A stretch of DNA of 63,856 nt, counting the filler, from Choristocarpus tenellus KU-1152 (taxonomy: Eukaryota > Protista > Phaeophyceae): assembly GCA_964200185.2 (NCBI GenBank). It is 8 parts of 8 records of this genome, joined end to end, with 100 filler letters (N's around TTAATTAATTAA, not from the genome) between each part and the next. Parts side by side here need not be neighbours in the genome. Positions count along the whole stretch, not along the records: positions 60,004 to 63,856 come from CAXNAD020017561.1; 7 more parts are not named here. One strand, written 5' to 3'. Made by a program: the position numbers and the translations under genes. Shown piece by piece: positions 60,473 through 63,856 of this stretch. Numbering within the stretch: the first letter of the stretch is position 1; each line of letters starts with the position of its first letter. Under the pieces are notes generated by a model. It searched no databases. It saw nothing but the letters and a program-made list of their open reading frames with translations, and had not been told where the DNA came from.

Positions 60473-63402
60473 ATAAGCACCAGTGAGCTTGGTCGTTGTG
60501 ACCAGATCTTGATTATGTCCAAGGTCCTTCTTCTAAAGCTAGATGCAAGAAATGGCTACATCCTTGGAACAAAGATGCGTGAAGTTGGCTCCAACAAAAG
60601 CTGCTACAGTATTACCCATGTCAACAGCAACCCGATGGCCACCACCAATGAGCACATTTCATACCTTGATATTCAAGGGAATACGTTCAATTTGCGTAAG
60701 AACAATTTGACGGCCAGCCAGGTTGCGAGAGAAGCCCTTCTGCAGTCAACCTTCTCTGTAGCACAACTGCAGGAGTTGGCGGTAGTGATCAAAGGCAAGC
60801 GTCCTGCCTGGGACAAGGCGAATGTGCAGGTGAGAGAAACGGGATATTTGGATTGTTTAAAGTCAAAGTATCTTAGAGGGTAGAGCATCGCCATCTGGGG
60901 GTCAAATCCAATGTTGCGATTTTGATGCAATTTTGGCTATTTTTTTTCTTAGGAAGTGTCAATATCCTTGTTCCAAACACACCCTTCCATAACGTATACA
61001 TTTTACCTACTCTGAAACATTTCGGAGGAGGAAAATGTCATGAAAAAACCCCCGTAGGAAGCCAAGTCCCAAATGGACAAACAGGGCAAAATTCGTAGCC
61101 TCTAAGATACTTTCACTCTTAATAATAGAACAAGAGGGTTTTGTATGACGTGTGGGGGATTAATTTCTAGACTTTTTGTAGTTTCTGTCAAGATCTCTCC
61201 TCTCAAAAGATGATTGGGTACACAAAACCATCGCTAAACATCAAGAAAGATTGGGTAGTGACTATTTCCTAGTCCACCTCATGGTTATGATAGGCACATA
61301 TCACATCTACGAGCCCCATAGCTGCATCAAGTGTCAAGTGCTACATTCTTGCAAAACAATCAAGGGCACCAAAAAGCGGTCGCACTTAGTGGTGTTTGCA
61401 TGTCGGAATGACCCTATGTGTTTCATGTCCTGCTGATTTTGATATCATTATGGTGTTTGAGTTCAGTAAGAAAATGTCGATTTACCAATTTCTCACTCTT
61501 TTTTCCCCACCCTCTCAGTTGGTGGCGGTGCTTCTGACAACCTCGTTCTTGGAGAGCGGTGTGTACAAGGGTGGCGATATCCTGAGGTGACATATAAAAT
61601 AACAACTTCATATAAATCCCTACACTCTAATATTGTTCTTAGAGTAGTGTTGCTCGCGAAATTTTCAGAAGCAACTACGAGCATTTTGCTCTCAGCTGGG
61701 TGTGTTGAGTCTTTTAATTAGGGTTGAAACTGTTATACAAGAAACACAAAGTATCCTCGCTGACCCTACAACTGCAACCCTTGGACTATTTCCTTGATAT
61801 CTACCATGATTCCCACTTTAATAGTGAATATAGGTTGTATTGTTCTTGTCCTGTTCCTTCTTTCGTAGGGCTAGAATTAGTGCTGAGTTTCGGTTAAGTG
61901 CCAGATAATGTACTATTATACTAGAATAACCTTTGTTTTATCCCAAGTTTAGACTAGTAAGATGGCTACCCTAGCACCTTGTGACTACACTTCCCTGCAC
62001 AACCTCACTGTTTCAATAGCTACACTGTACCCAATGTTCTTTAGTGGTGCCAATTTGGCAATGAAGTTTTTTTCCTGGGTGCTGCATAGAGTCGCCGCAA
62101 CTGACCTGATCAACAAGACAGGGGGCCCTTTGGTACAGTCTCAAGTATTTATACTATGAGTTGTATTGGGGTCCTTGATTGTAATATTAAAGGGCTGTAG
62201 TCCTTAGCAAGTCTTGATTTGATCACCATGTCCACTCCACAGGGAGACTATGAATTGGGTGAGTTCTCTCAGTCCCAGTTATCTCGACACCATGTTGACG
62301 GAGATCAATGAGGAGCGTGCTGAAGAGCTTGTCCTAAATCTAGAACCATGTGGGCCACACCCTATCAGTGAAATACTTCCCCAGGTATGTGTTGAAAGCG
62401 CACTTTCTCTAGATGTGTGCGCTCAACATGCTTGTCCTGCCATGATGGATCATGTCTTTGTTACAGTGTTTTGATATTGTTTTTACTCCTAGCCCTCTCG
62501 TCTACCGTCGTCTTGCTTGATCAGCGATGGGTCCTGCTTTGTAACTGAGGCTGCAAGGTTTGAGAGACTTTACGATAGATAAGCTAACAATCTGTGGTCC
62601 ATCCAGATTAATTTTTCATTCGAATTTTTAGATGGGGTATTTTGCTTTTGTTGCAGTAGTTGATAGTCACCTTTACTTGTCAGGCAATCAATAGAGAGAG
62701 CTTAATCATTACTCCATTTTCTGATCAGTCGGGCCTGCACTTTCCAGGTATGTACTGATCTGTTTTGGTTGATCTAGTGCTTCAGAAGTATATGCTTCAG
62801 TGCGAGATCGTGGAGACATGAACCTATGCCTTTCCAAGGATTCTATGACTTAAAAACTTACATCTGACGCACAAATATGTTTTCCCAAGTTTCAAGGCCA
62901 AACCCTGGAGCACTTGAAAGCTATGGAGTAGAACTTCACTGCTGTTTGTAATACCTTTGATACGTATTTCCATGTTTCCAATTTTGCTCCAAATTTGTTT
63001 CCTAATGCCTTACCTTGCATCCTTAATTAGCAGTGGTTATCCAATAAATATGTTTATGCCTTATTGCTGACAGTTTGCCTCGGTTCTCTTGGATCCTGTC
63101 GAACATGATCGCTGTAGACCCTCGTCACCAGCACCAGTGCTAACCCTGTAAAGCTTTCACAAATGGGAAGTAAGCGCCAGCAACACCTACACCCACCAGG
63201 CATGGCGGACTCTTCACTAACTTGCCAGAGTGGTAATATCACGCGGACAACCAGTGGGCTGGGTCTCCCACCTACACCACATCGAAGCCCTGCCGGATCT
63301 TTATCCTCAATATCCTCTCATAACTCGCTTGGTCGATTAAAGGTTATGAATACCCGTCTTGTGCACCTGGTAGCAGCTGCGTCTGCGCCCTTGGGGATCG
63401 AG
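60473..63402 (+). CDS. Uncharacterised protein; four internal exons, partial at both ends
   Basis: Exons 60473-60829, 61519-61586, 62243-62384 and 63118-63402. Each has a pyrimidine tract, AG acceptor and GT donor. Phases are consistent and there are no stops. No family was recognised. Confidence 0.65.
60860..61118. mobile_element. MITE family A copy in intron
   Basis: AAGTCAAAGTATCTTAGAGGGTAG ... CTCTAAGATACTTTCACTC, flanks TTTA/TTAA. Confidence 0.85.
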
Positions 63403-63856
63403 GTACGATGAATGGATCTAACCCATTGTCTGGGATAGGATAATCCTCACATCCTACCTCTTGCTGAAGTAGGTTTATTTTTTGTCATGTACGGATGTGA
63501 CAGAAAAATGATCCCTTTTCATGTAAGGATGTTGCATATATTTGGTAGTAACTTGTATTTCTTTATTCCAGATGCAAGTATTACTGACATACAAACATCT
63601 AACCATTCGAGTCATAGTTTCCCCATCGTAGAAAAGAGTATGATGCTTAGAGCTTTTCCTACGGACAAGAAAACAACATGACTTGCTTTTCTCTTGAGGG
63701 TTTTGATTTTTCTAATATAATATTTATACTCTCTCCATCCTGGTATTCCATGTTTGTTGGCAAGTTTGCCAATAAGATTGATTAGGACTTTCATTGCATC
63801 AAATAACAAACTTGTATCAGTTGAATAATGAATATTGCTTTTGACAACAAAGCTAT

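Overview
Eukaryotic, intron-rich genomic DNA. It is most likely a stramenopile, probably a brown alga; this is inferred from TTAGGG repeats, splice-site style and gene/TE families. The window is not contiguous: eight contigs are joined by artificial 100-nt N-TTAATTAATTAA-N spacers. Manual exon assembly gives six genes. (i) The 3' part of an M14 zinc carboxypeptidase gene (minus, 998-17660), whose introns are packed with interstitial telomere repeats, minisatellites and a pogo-like transposase relic. (ii) Three exons of a GT92/DUF23-like glycosyltransferase. (iii) A complete RPA3 gene. (iv) Head-to-head with RPA3, an intron-containing RuvC-type Holliday-junction resolvase gene. (v) A Snapin/pallidin-like gene. 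(vi) Four exons of an unknown gene. Contig 2 (20043-32305) is a nest of degenerate Ty1/copia elements with two LTR families primed by half-tRNAiMet. One LTR family carries tRNA-like A/B boxes, one LTR copy has captured an AT-rich bacterial-type amino-acid-permease fragment, and one insertion is bounded by inverted LTRs. Two MITE families with shared termini and 4-bp TSDs (Sola-like) recur across contigs.
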